The position numbers and the translations under genes were made by a program. Source: a bacterium UBP6_UBA1177 (GTDB taxonomy: Bacteria > UBP6 > UBA1177). From it: a stretch of DNA of 64,000 nucleotides. Under the pieces are notes generated by a model. It saw nothing but the letters and a program-made list of their open reading frames with translations. It was not told the DNA's origin and made no database searches. Every line of letters begins with the position of its first letter. The first letter of the stretch is position 1. Below are positions 16,476 through 25,960 of the stretch, in pieces. The stretch covers positions 2,000 to 65,999 of the forward strand of contig DBYV01000012.1 of the NCBI GenBank assembly GCA_002310995.1. The letters run 5' to 3'.

Positions 16476-17696
16476 ATGAACTCTTCAGAACGCCGTTTGA
16501 AAGTAGCTTTTTACACTTTCGGCTGCAAAGTCAACCTGTTTGAAAGCGACCAGCTCAAAAAATCGCTGTCAGACATCGAAATAGTGAGCTGTGATGATGA
16601 GGCAGACATTTTCGTGATAAACAGCTGCGCCGTAACCGCAACTGCTGAAAGTCAGGCAAGAAACATGATAAGACGCCTATCAAAACGCGGAAGAGTAATT
16701 CTCACAGGCTGCTATGCCAGAAAAATCAAAGGGATCGAAACCTTTGAAAACACAGAAATCGTGCCTGACATCAAAGATGTTGCCGAGATGCTTGGTTCAA
16801 GCCTTTCTTACGATGCCTTTTTCACGCGGAGCCGCCCGTTCATCAAGATCCAGAGCGGCTGCGATCAGTTCTGCGCATACTGCATAATTCCGTATCTGAG
16901 AGGTCCGCTAAAGAGTGTTCCGCTGCATGAAATCAGATCGCTGCTCGAAAAAATCAGAGACGAAAATTTCAAAGAGGTCGTTCTCACCGGAATCCACATC
17001 GGAAAATATGGAAAGGACTTGAGCGACGGCTCGACTCTTGCCGATGTCGTCAAGGCCGGATACGAAACTGTTGGCAGAGTCCGCATGGGCTCGCTCGAAT
17101 CGCCTGAAATCGACGAAAGGCTTTTCGAATACGCAAAAGAAGGAATGATTCTTCCGCACTGGCATATCCCGCTTCAGAGCGGCTGCGACAAGACTCTGCA
17201 CGACATGAGGCGGCCTTACAAAACAGATGATTTCAGACGCTCAGTCGAAAAAGTTATCGGATGTTACGATTCCATGCCCGCTTTCGGAACTGACGTTATA
17301 ACCGGTTTTCCTGGAGAAACAGACGAAGATTTCGCCGAAACCACAGAATTCATAGAATCGCTTCCTTTCGCATACGGTCACGTTTTCCCTTTTTCTGCCC
17401 GTCCCGGGACTCCGGCAGAAAAAATGGAAAAAGAAAATCCTGTTCCGAAGCAGGTCAAAAAAGAGCGTGCCGCCGTTCTGCGTGATATTTTTCAGGCAAA
17501 AAAAGAAAATTTCATGAAATCACTCGACGGAACAACAGACGAAGTAATAATCGAGGAAAAAATTGACGAGAATCTCTTCGCATCGACATCTTCGAAGTAT
17601 CAGACAGTCAATATAAAGGGCTCTTTCAAGCCGCGCGAACTAGTAAAAGTCAGGCTTTATCTCGAAAAAGAAAGGCTTTACGGATCGGAATGCTAA
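16476..17696 (+). CDS. mtaB: radical SAM methylthiotransferase, MtaB-like
   Basis: N-terminal VAFYTFGCKVNLFESDQL, radical SAM CDQFCAYCIIPYLRG (CxxxCxxC). Start at MNSSERRLK. Confidence 0.75.
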   Translation: MNSSERRLKVAFYTFGCKVNLFESDQLKKSLSDIEIVSCDDEADIFVINSCAVTATAESQARNMIRRLSKRGRVILTGCYARKIKGIETFENTEIVPDIKDVAEMLGSSLSYDAFFTRSRPFIKIQSGCDQFCAYCIIPYLRGPLKSVPLHEIRSLLEKIRDENFKEVVLTGIHIGKYGKDLSDGSTLADVVKAGYETVGRVRMGSLESPEIDERLFEYAKEGMILPHWHIPLQSGCDKTLHDMRRPYKTDDFRRSVEKVIGCYDSMPAFGTDVITGFPGETDEDFAETTEFIESLPFAYGHVFPFSARPGTPAEKMEKENPVPKQVKKERAAVLRDIFQAKKENFMKSLDGTTDEVIIEEKIDENLFASTSSKYQTVNIKGSFKPRELVKVRLYLEKERLYGSEC

Positions 17697-17735
17697 CCAT
17701 AAAAAAATTAAAATTATAAAAGTTAGCGTCATTTC

Positions 17736-17763
17736 TTGACCTTATGAATTATAAAAATATAAT
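17736..17763 (+). promoter_or_regulatory. sigma70-type promoter TTGACC-16-TATAAT for the pilB operon
   Basis: Hexamers at 17736-17741 and 17758-17763, 16-nt spacer. Confidence 0.5.
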
Positions 17764-17799
17764 GCCGCGGGTGAATGATAACCGCTTGTGGAGTTGCTT

Positions 17800-19545
17800 T
17801 TGAACAACCGACAATTAACAGGGATGCTGATAAAGAGAGGAATTATTTCCCTGCCGGAACTGAAATCCCTCGAAGAACTCTCGATAGAATCCGGAGAAAG
17901 CATAAAAGACATCCTTTTCAAAGAAAACCGGCTCGATGAAAATCAGCTCGTCGACATTCTCAGCGAACAGTACAATGTTCCGAAAATTGACCTCTCAGAA
18001 CTTGAGATCCAGCCTGAAGTAATTGCCCTTCTTAATGAGCAGATAGTTACACGTTACAACGTTATCCCTATTTCAAGAATCGGCAACACACTTACCGTTG
18101 CAATGGCAGATCCTTCAAACATGAACGCTCAGGACGACATCAAGTTCCTGACCGACTACAACGTTGAAGTTGTCATTGCTTCTGCAAGCGACATAGAAGC
18201 CGCAATCACGAAATATTACGGCGAACAGGCTAAGAAAGATGAGAAAAAATACGGTGATATCAGTTTCGATATGGAAGCTCTTCTCAACGAAGCGGACGAT
18301 GTCAAACTGAGCGAGACCAACTTCGATGAGAGCACATCTCTCGAAGATATGATCCGCAACTCAGAAGAGGCACCGGTTATCCGTTTCGTCAACATGGTTC
18401 TCCTCGATGCAATCAAGAAGAAAGCATCTGATATTCACGTCGAGCCTTACGAAAAGAGCTTCAGAATCCGTCTCAGAATGGATGGTGTGCTTTATGACAT
18501 CGTTCATCCGCCAAGAAACACGATGGATGCTATCGTAGCAAGACTCAAGGTCATGGCTAACCTCGATATCGCGGAAAAACGTATTCCTCAGGACGGCCGT
18601 ATCAAGATCAAGATCGGCCAGGGCGAGGACATGGACTTCCGTGTTTCAGTCTGCCCTGTTATTTTCGGTGAAAAAGTCGTTCTCCGACTTCTCGATAAGA
18701 GCAACCTTCAGCTCGATATGACCAAGCTCGGTTTCTTCCCAGACCAGCTCGAAATTTTCAAAGAAGCGATATACAAACCTTATGGAATGATGCTTGTTAC
18801 AGGCCCTACCGGTTCTGGAAAAACGACGACGCTTTACTCTGCCCTTTCCGACCTCAACAAAGAGGATGTCAACATTTCGACTGCTGAAGACCCTGTTGAG
18901 TTCAACCTCGAAGGTATCAACCAGGTTGCGATCCGTGAGCAGGTAGGTCTTACCTTCGCTTCGGCGCTCCGTTCTTTCCTTCGTCAGGACCCTGATATCA
19001 TGATGGTCGGTGAAATCCGTGACTTCGAAACTGCCGACATCGCGGTAAAAGCTGCTATCACGGGTCACATGGTTCTGAGTACGCTTCACACGAACGATGC
19101 GCCTTCGACAATTACGCGTCTTATAAACATGGGTGTTGAAAGTTTCCTTGTTACTTCTTCAGTCAACTGCATCATGGCTCAGAGACTCGGCAGAAAGATA
19201 TGCTACAACTGCAAAGAGCCGATTGATGTTCCCAAGTCTGAACTTTTGAAACTCGGAATCAAGGAAGAACAGATTGCCGACGGCTACCAAATTTATCAGG
19301 GCAAAGGCTGTGAAGTTTGCAACGGAACAGGCTACAAAGGCCGAATCGCTTTTTACGAAGTTATGAAAATGACAGATCCTTTGAAAGACGCGATACTCAA
19401 CGGCGCAAGCTCCATGGAACTCAAAGAGCTCGCAATAAAGCTCGGTATGAAAACCATGAGAATGAGCGCTAACTTAAGGCTTCTCGAAGGAACGACAAGT
19501 ATAGCCGAAGTTTTAAGAAACACGGCACCGGATGAAAACGCTTAA
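17800..19545 (+). CDS. pilB: type IV pilus assembly ATPase PilB (GspE family)
   Basis: N-terminal T2SSE_N-like region, Walker A GPTGSGKTTT, tetracysteine CYNC...CEVC. The start is uncertain: GTG 17788, TTG 17800 (6 nt after GGAG) or ATG 17824. Confidence 0.88.
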   Translation: MNNRQLTGMLIKRGIISLPELKSLEELSIESGESIKDILFKENRLDENQLVDILSEQYNVPKIDLSELEIQPEVIALLNEQIVTRYNVIPISRIGNTLTVAMADPSNMNAQDDIKFLTDYNVEVVIASASDIEAAITKYYGEQAKKDEKKYGDISFDMEALLNEADDVKLSETNFDESTSLEDMIRNSEEAPVIRFVNMVLLDAIKKKASDIHVEPYEKSFRIRLRMDGVLYDIVHPPRNTMDAIVARLKVMANLDIAEKRIPQDGRIKIKIGQGEDMDFRVSVCPVIFGEKVVLRLLDKSNLQLDMTKLGFFPDQLEIFKEAIYKPYGMMLVTGPTGSGKTTTLYSALSDLNKEDVNISTAEDPVEFNLEGINQVAIREQVGLTFASALRSFLRQDPDIMMVGEIRDFETADIAVKAAITGHMVLSTLHTNDAPSTITRLINMGVESFLVTSSVNCIMAQRLGRKICYNCKEPIDVPKSELLKLGIKEEQIADGYQIYQGKGCEVCNGTGYKGRIAFYEVMKMTDPLKDAILNGASSMELKELAIKLGMKTMRMSANLRLLEGTTSIAEVLRNTAPDENA

Positions 19546-19556
19546 GAGGTATAAAA

Positions 19557-20654
19557 ATGGAAAATCCCAATGCTACAGTTTCTCTGCAGGATCTGCTCTC
19601 TCTGATGATTGAACAGGGAGCATCCGACCTTCACATTACAAGCGGTTCGCCGCCCCAGCTCAGAATCGACGGAAATCTTCGGCCGGTAAACGTGCCGCCG
19701 CTCTCTCCGGTAGATACGAAAAAACTTGCATACAGCATTCTGACTGAAAAACAGAAAAAGGTTTTTGAAGAGAAAAACGAACTCGACCTCAGTTTCGGTG
19801 TCAAAAACCTGAGCCGTTTCAGAGCCAACGTCTTCATGCAGAGAGGCGCTGTCAGTGCGGCTATCCGTGTAATCCCGTACAAAATCCTCGATTTCAGACA
19901 GCTCGGGCTTCCGCCGATAGTCGAAGAACTTGCAAAAAAACCGAAAGGTCTCATTCTCGTAACCGGTCCTACCGGAAGCGGAAAATCAACAACACTTGCA
20001 TCTATGGTTGACTACATCAACCGTAACCGCCACGGTCACATCGTCACGATCGAAGATCCTATCGAGTTCATTCACTCGCATAAAAACTGCATCGTCAACC
20101 AGCGAGAAGTCGGTGCCGACACAGGTTCGTTCGCATCGGCTCTCCGCGTTGTCCTTAGACAGGACCCGGATATCGTTCTCATCGGTGAAATCCGTGATAT
20201 CGAAACCATGTCTACGGCCCTCAGCGTTTCGGAAACAGGCCACCTTGCACTTGCTACGCTTCACACGAACAGCACGATTGAAACCATAAACAGAATCATA
20301 GATATGTTCCCTGTAAACCAGCAGAATCAGGTCAGAGCACAGCTCAGCTTCGTTCTTCAGGGAATTGTCGCACAGACACTCATTCCTAAAAAATACGGCG
20401 GTGGCCGTGTTATAGCATGCGAAGTCATGGTTCCGAATGCTGCTATACGAAACCTTATCCGCGAAGAAAAGCTTCAACAAATTTATTCCAGCATGCAGTC
20501 AGGTCAGAACGACAGCGGAATGCAGACAATGACGCAGGATCTCGCCAGACTGGTCAAAAACGACATCATAAGCATGGAAGATGCTCTGACGCTTGTTCCG
20601 CATTTGGACGAGTTCCAGGCTATTCTCGCAAGAACCAACCCAACCAGGAGGTAA
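19557..20654 (+). CDS. pilT: twitching motility (retraction) ATPase PilT
   Basis: GASDLHIT, Walker A GPTGSGKSTT, LATLHTNS and AIRNLIRE motifs; 365 aa. Confidence 0.9.
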   Translation: MENPNATVSLQDLLSLMIEQGASDLHITSGSPPQLRIDGNLRPVNVPPLSPVDTKKLAYSILTEKQKKVFEEKNELDLSFGVKNLSRFRANVFMQRGAVSAAIRVIPYKILDFRQLGLPPIVEELAKKPKGLILVTGPTGSGKSTTLASMVDYINRNRHGHIVTIEDPIEFIHSHKNCIVNQREVGADTGSFASALRVVLRQDPDIVLIGEIRDIETMSTALSVSETGHLALATLHTNSTIETINRIIDMFPVNQQNQVRAQLSFVLQGIVAQTLIPKKYGGGRVIACEVMVPNAAIRNLIREEKLQQIYSSMQSGQNDSGMQTMTQDLARLVKNDIISMEDALTLVPHLDEFQAILARTNPTRR

Positions 20655-20657
20655 AAC

Positions 20658-21851
20658 ATGCCTTTTTACAAGTATGCCGGTGTCAACAAAAAAGGAGAAA
20701 CAGTCAGAGGCTCAATTGATGCCGATGACGAAAAAGGAGCAAGACAAGCCTTACTGGCACAGGGTGTCAGAGTCGATTCTCTGAAAAAAGACTGGACCAA
20801 AATAGAGCTCGGCGGCGGTGGAATGAAGCCGAAGGAGCTCGTTATCTTCACGCGTCAGTTCGCAACGATGATCAACGCAGGTCTTTCGATTATTCAAGGC
20901 TTAGAAATTCTTGCGGCACAGTCAGAGACACCTTATTTCAGAAGCATTCTGAGAAAGGTCAAAAACTCGGTCGAAGAAGGTAAATCGCTAAGTGATGCGC
21001 TGAAAGATCACAAAGTTTTCACCGATCTTTATGTCAACCTTGTTGCAGCAGGCGAAGTCGGTGGTATCTTGGATACGATTCTTGACCGTCTTGCTATATT
21101 CCTTGAAAAGAATGCTGCAACCACAGCAAAAATTAAGAGTGCAATGAAATACCCTGCTGTCGTCTTAACAGCGACAGTACTTATCACAATCGTCCTGCTT
21201 TACTACGTTGTTCCGACGTTCGCGACAATGTTCATGAGTAACGGTCAGCAGCTTCCTGGCCTGACGCAGGTCATTGTTGATATGAGTGAATGGGTTCAAA
21301 ACAATATTCTCTTAATCATCGGAGCTATTGTCGGTCTCATTATCGGATTTAAAATGCTGATGAAAAACCCAAAATTCCGTTTCGCCTTCCACAGATATGC
21401 CCTTAACGCTCCAATAGTCGGCGACCTCATCAGAAAATCGGCCGTTGCAAGATTTACAAGAACTCTCGGAACCCTTGTAAGTTCAGGTGTTCCGCTTGTT
21501 GACGGGCTTGAAGTCGTTTCAAGAACTTCCGGTAATTTAATGATCGAAAAAGCTATTATTTTCGTCAGACAGAAAGTTATCGAAGGAAGCGACATGACAA
21601 CACCACTTACCGAAGCAGGTGTTTTCCCGTCTATGGTCGTTCAGATGATCGGTGTCGGCGAGGCAACTGGTGCAATGGATACAATGCTTAATAAAATCGC
21701 AGACTTTTATGAAGAGGAAGTTGACGTTGCAGTTGACGGTTTAACTTCAATGATCGAGCCTATACTTATGGTCGTTATCGGCGGCATCGTCGGAACAATG
21801 ATGGTCGCTATGTACCTGCCGATGTTCAGCATGGGTAAAGCTGTAGGATGA
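20658..21851 (+). CDS. pilC: type IV pilus inner-membrane platform protein PilC (GspF family)
   Basis: Two GspF repeats (FTRQFATMINAGLSI and FTRTLGTLVSSGVPL) and a C-terminal MYLPMF motif. Confidence 0.9.
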   Translation: MPFYKYAGVNKKGETVRGSIDADDEKGARQALLAQGVRVDSLKKDWTKIELGGGGMKPKELVIFTRQFATMINAGLSIIQGLEILAAQSETPYFRSILRKVKNSVEEGKSLSDALKDHKVFTDLYVNLVAAGEVGGILDTILDRLAIFLEKNAATTAKIKSAMKYPAVVLTATVLITIVLLYYVVPTFATMFMSNGQQLPGLTQVIVDMSEWVQNNILLIIGAIVGLIIGFKMLMKNPKFRFAFHRYALNAPIVGDLIRKSAVARFTRTLGTLVSSGVPLVDGLEVVSRTSGNLMIEKAIIFVRQKVIEGSDMTTPLTEAGVFPSMVVQMIGVGEATGAMDTMLNKIADFYEEEVDVAVDGLTSMIEPILMVVIGGIVGTMMVAMYLPMFSMGKAVG

Positions 21852-23419
21852 ACCTGCTCTCGGCGGACGAATTCCGCAATCACCTAAGTTACTACCTCAT
21901 AATACGATTTTTCTTCATTTTCACCGTCATATTTTCGTTTTTCCTCTTTCCATTTATACGCGAAAACAATGATATTTTTTCATTTGCGAACAAACTTTTT
22001 CTCCTTTCAGCATTCCTTATGCTCGTTTTCAACATCGTTTCGCTGACGGTCAACCGCTTCTTGCGTGAAAAATATCTTACTCTTTTCGCATACCTGCAAT
22101 TTGTAGTTGAAATTTCGTTCTGGGTTATGGTTTCATACATAAGCGGCGGCATAAGTTCGCCTTACCTTTATGTCATCATCATAAACATTATTTACGCAGG
22201 AATTCTGATGCGTGAAAAAGGGGCAATAATCACTACGCTTTATGCATTTTTTATGCTCCTTTTGCAGGGCATTTGCGTCAAATTTTCTTTTCTTCCGCTC
22301 ATAACTTCCGAGCTTGTCAAAACCTACTCTGCTTCGTGGGAATCATACTTTTCACGCCTATTTACCTACCTTCTTTTCTTCTCGTTCACAGGTTTCGTTG
22401 CAAGCAGAATAACAAAAAGTTTCCGTCAGGCAAACAGCTCGCTTATCGAATCGACACGCAGAAACAAGGAAATGCAGAAACACTTTTTTGCAATATTTTC
22501 GCAGATAAATATCGGCATCGTCATTTTTGATGAAACGACAAGATTCTATGTAAACAGATATGCCGAACAATTTGGGGAGATACTTGACAAATTTCTTGCC
22601 GAAGCGACAAAAGACACTTTTTCAAACGGCGCATGGTCAGAAAAGAAATTTGACGAAATATGGCTTTCCTACACGGTTATGCCCTACATCGAAAATCAGA
22701 AAGTCGTTATATTTTCAGATCTTACAGCCATCAGAAAGCAGGAGGAAAGTTTCGAACTTCAGGAAAAGTTAGCTACTATCGGAAAACTGACGGCAACCAT
22801 AGCACACGAAATCAAAAATCCTCTCACAAGCCTGATCGGAGCAAGCGAGCTAATGTTTTCGGAAATAAAAGAGAGCCAGCCCGAATCTGAGACAGAAGAA
22901 CTCATAGAAATCGTCAGGCGTGAGGGAACCCGCGTAAAAACTCTGCTTGATTCACTTTTCAGATACACCGAAGAGACTTCCTATACCCTCATGGAATGCG
23001 TTCCGAGTTCGATCCTTTCGGATGTCGTCACCCTCTTCAGGCTCGGACACCCGAAAGTTAAAATTACCTGCAAAGTCGATGAATTTTCGGTCATCGGAGA
23101 TGCCGAGAAGTTGAAACAGGTTTTCTGGAACATAATGACTAACAGTGCGGAAGAGATGAACGATGAAGGAGAAATCAACATATTTTCAGAACTTTCAGAG
23201 AACTCTTTCAAACTGTATTTCGATGATACAGGGCCTGGTTTTATTGAAAAAAATATAGACAAAATTTTTGATCCGTTTTTCTCGACAAAAAAGCGCGGAA
23301 CAGGTCTGGGACTCGCGCTCGTTTACAGGATCGTAACCAGACACGGAGGCACAATAAAAGCGGCAAACACCGAAAAAGGTGCCAGAATTATTATTGATTT
23401 CAAACCCAAGGCAAGATAA
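21848..23419 (+). CDS. pilS: polytopic sensor histidine kinase (PilS-like by position)
   Basis: About 6 N-terminal TM helices, H-box ATIAHEIKNPLTS, G-boxes DDTGPGF and GTGLGLALVY. ATGA overlap with pilC. Confidence 0.7.
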   Translation: MNLLSADEFRNHLSYYLIIRFFFIFTVIFSFFLFPFIRENNDIFSFANKLFLLSAFLMLVFNIVSLTVNRFLREKYLTLFAYLQFVVEISFWVMVSYISGGISSPYLYVIIINIIYAGILMREKGAIITTLYAFFMLLLQGICVKFSFLPLITSELVKTYSASWESYFSRLFTYLLFFSFTGFVASRITKSFRQANSSLIESTRRNKEMQKHFFAIFSQINIGIVIFDETTRFYVNRYAEQFGEILDKFLAEATKDTFSNGAWSEKKFDEIWLSYTVMPYIENQKVVIFSDLTAIRKQEESFELQEKLATIGKLTATIAHEIKNPLTSLIGASELMFSEIKESQPESETEELIEIVRREGTRVKTLLDSLFRYTEETSYTLMECVPSSILSDVVTLFRLGHPKVKITCKVDEFSVIGDAEKLKQVFWNIMTNSAEEMNDEGEINIFSELSENSFKLYFDDTGPGFIEKNIDKIFDPFFSTKKRGTGLGLALVYRIVTRHGGTIKAANTEKGARIIIDFKPKAR

Positions 23420-24846
23420 TGGAATCTTCCGAAAAAGTTAAAATCTTAGTTATTGACGACGAACTCAGTATGCGTCAGTTTTTGCAGATTCTGCTGAAAA
23501 AAGACGGCTACGATGTCACCACGGCAGAAAACGGCGAAATCGCACTACGCAAGCTGAAAGAAGAAAAATTTACAGTAATTCTAATGGATTACAATATGCC
23601 TGAAGCAATAGACGGTATTGATCTTCTTAACGAACTGCTTCATACAAGTCCGAAATCGCAGGTAATCGTTATCACGGCATACGCCTCTACCGAGCAAGCC
23701 ATAAAAGCAATTGAACTTGGTGCCGTGGATTATGTAAGCAAACCATTTAACGTTGCTGAAATCAGAGATATTGTAAAAAAATGCGTCGCATCTGCGTTGA
23801 TACAGAAGAACGAAGAGTCGGTAAAAACAGCGCAGACAAAACGTGTCGAAACACCAATACCTCCTGTTCTGGAAGAAAGCGGCGTTATCGCACACAGTCC
23901 GCAAATGAAAAAAATACTCGAACTCGCCCTGCGGATCGCTCCTACCGACAGCACGGTTCTTATCACCGGCGACAGCGGAACTGGAAAAGAGGTTCTAGCC
24001 AACTTCATACACAAAAACAGCGGACGCGGCGACCTTCCGTGGTATCCGATAAACTGCGGCGCAATCCCGGAGAACCTTCTTGAAAGCGAGCTTTTCGGAC
24101 ACGAAAAAGGTTCTTTTACAGGCGCATACCAGACAAAGAAAGGTTATTTTGAAGTTGCTGGAAACGGCACTCTCTTTCTCGATGAAATAGGCGAACTTGG
24201 TGAAAATATGCAGGTAAAACTGCTCAGGGTTCTTCAGGAACGCGTTTTCACCCGTGTCGGCGGAACAGAAAAAATTCCGACAGGGGTCCGTTTGATCGCA
24301 GCTACGAACAAAAATCTTCAGGAACAGATAAAAAGAGGAAAATTCCGCGAAGACCTTTATTTCAGACTGAACGTTATCGAACTCTACATTCCGCCTCTTG
24401 CGGAAAGACGGGAAGACATTATGCCGCTTGCAGAGATGTTTCTAGAGCAGTTCTCGAAAAAAACAGGAACAAATTTCAGATTTTCAAAGGAAACTATTGA
24501 TTTTCTTAATCACTACACCTTCCCTGGAAACGTCAGGGAACTCAAAAATATCATTGAACGCGGCACAATTTTCGCGAAAGACGGGCTCGTCACAGAAACA
24601 CACTTTGAAAAAACAATGCCTTCAATGCCGAAACCGCAAACCGCAGGACAAAATCCTTTTGAAGTTGACCTGTCACACAATGTGGATCTTGACGAAATTC
24701 TGGCTGATATTGAAAAACGTTATATAATTCAAGCACTTAAGCAAACAAATTATAACCGCCACGACACTTGCGTCCTGCTAAATCTGACCGAAAGAATGTT
24801 GCGATACAGAATGAGCAAACTCGGCATAAAAGACGATAAGGAATAA
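23419..24846 (+). CDS. pilR: sigma-54-dependent response regulator (NtrC family, PilR-like by position)
   Basis: Receiver domain (DDE...D), AAA+ GDSGTGKEVLA, sigma-54 contact motif in ESELFGHEKGSFTGA, C-terminal HTH. TAATG overlap with the kinase gene. Confidence 0.8.
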   Translation: MESSEKVKILVIDDELSMRQFLQILLKKDGYDVTTAENGEIALRKLKEEKFTVILMDYNMPEAIDGIDLLNELLHTSPKSQVIVITAYASTEQAIKAIELGAVDYVSKPFNVAEIRDIVKKCVASALIQKNEESVKTAQTKRVETPIPPVLEESGVIAHSPQMKKILELALRIAPTDSTVLITGDSGTGKEVLANFIHKNSGRGDLPWYPINCGAIPENLLESELFGHEKGSFTGAYQTKKGYFEVAGNGTLFLDEIGELGENMQVKLLRVLQERVFTRVGGTEKIPTGVRLIAATNKNLQEQIKRGKFREDLYFRLNVIELYIPPLAERREDIMPLAEMFLEQFSKKTGTNFRFSKETIDFLNHYTFPGNVRELKNIIERGTIFAKDGLVTETHFEKTMPSMPKPQTAGQNPFEVDLSHNVDLDEILADIEKRYIIQALKQTNYNRHDTCVLLNLTERMLRYRMSKLGIKDDKE

Positions 24847-24857
24847 CCATTATCCGC

Positions 24858-24913
24858 GTCATGTTGAGGCTCGCCGAAACATCTCATAGATTCTTCGTTT
24901 CACTCAGAATGAC
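24858..24913. repeat. imperfect palindromic element GTCATgtTGAG...CTCAgaATGAC between convergent pilR and tsaD
   Basis: The outer arms pair (GTCAT/ATGAC, TGAG/CTCA) and so do the inner arms (ATCT/AGAT, GAAA/TTC). It fills most of the 82-nt gap. Confidence 0.5.
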
Positions 24914-24928
24914 ACAAAAAATAATGAA

Positions 24929-25948
24929 TTAACCGTGAATTTTCGGTCTGACTGTCGGAGAAACATCGAAATCGAGGCTTGAAAAACGGTCTGCAAAGAA
25001 ATCGTTCATCGCTGCGGCGGCAACCATTGCACCATTGTCCTGACAGTATTTAAGTTCCGGAAGATAAAGTTCGAGTCCATACTTTTTCGCAATATTTTCA
25101 GCCATTTTTCTTACCGCACTGTTCGCACTGACTCCGCCTGCAACAACAAAAGCGGTATATTTTTTTCTCGAAAGAGCTAGTTTCACTTTCCTCTCGATAA
25201 GTTCGACAATCCTGTTCTGAAATGATGCCATGAGAGATGGCATATCGACATTTCCTTCGTCCAAGAAGCGTTTTACAGCAGATTTTATTCCGCTGAACGA
25301 AAAAACGATATCGTCAGCATATTTGTTATTATTCTTCAATAAATACGGCAGCTTATATTTTGAAGCGTCACCTGTAGAAGCCATTTTGTCGATTATCGGT
25401 CCGCCTGGATAACCGAGATCGGCCATCTTCGCGATTTTGTCAAAAGCCTCTCCTGCAGCATCGTCCATAGTTTCTCCAAGGACGGTTCTTTCGTTTTCAT
25501 AAATATCTATGAGAGATGTGTGGCCGCCAGAAACAACAAGAGCGAGATAAGGAAATTCAGGCCGTTTTTCCCTTTCAAGAAAAGCTGAAGCGATATGCGC
25601 ATTCAGGTGGTTTACCGCGATTATCGGCTTTTTCCACCCCAAAGCGAGCCCTTTTGCCGCACTAACGCCGATAAGAAGGCTTCCTGTAAGTCCTGGATAG
25701 TTCGTGACGGCAATCGCCGAAATGTCATCCTTTGTTCTGCCTGAATCATAAAGCGCCGCATTAACAGCAGGAATTACCCAAGCCAAGTGGTTTCTTGAAG
25801 CAATTTCGGGAATAACACCGCCAAAAAGCCTGTGAACGCTTGTCTGAGAGACAGTTTTTACCGATAAAACATGAAAACCGGACGAAACGACTGCGACCGA
25901 AGTATCGTCACAGCTGCTTTCTATGCCGAGAATATAGTTTTCGTTCAT
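24929..25948 (-). CDS. tsaD: tRNA N6-adenosine threonylcarbamoyltransferase
   Basis: ILGIESSCDDTSVAV, HLNAHI and VVSGGHT motifs of the Kae1/TsaD family. Confidence 0.92.
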   Translation of the reverse strand: MNENYILGIESSCDDTSVAVVSSGFHVLSVKTVSQTSVHRLFGGVIPEIASRNHLAWVIPAVNAALYDSGRTKDDISAIAVTNYPGLTGSLLIGVSAAKGLALGWKKPIIAVNHLNAHIASAFLEREKRPEFPYLALVVSGGHTSLIDIYENERTVLGETMDDAAGEAFDKIAKMADLGYPGGPIIDKMASTGDASKYKLPYLLKNNNKYADDIVFSFSGIKSAVKRFLDEGNVDMPSLMASFQNRIVELIERKVKLALSRKKYTAFVVAGGVSANSAVRKMAENIAKKYGLELYLPELKYCQDNGAMVAAAAMNDFFADRFSSLDFDVSPTVRPKIHG

Positions 25949-25960
25949 TTTAAGCCAAAA

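Noticed and set aside
24847-24928. Short pilin (pilA) gene after pilR
   Set aside because: The gap is 82 nt and has no start/stop-delimited ORF or prepilin leader. It is occupied by a palindromic element.
17697-24928. Sigma-54 (-24/-12, TGGCAC-N5-TTGC) promoter as a PilR target in the window
   Set aside because: The TGGCA-containing sites I found (for example near 37326 and 6010) do not have the GG-N10-GC spacing. I could not support any.
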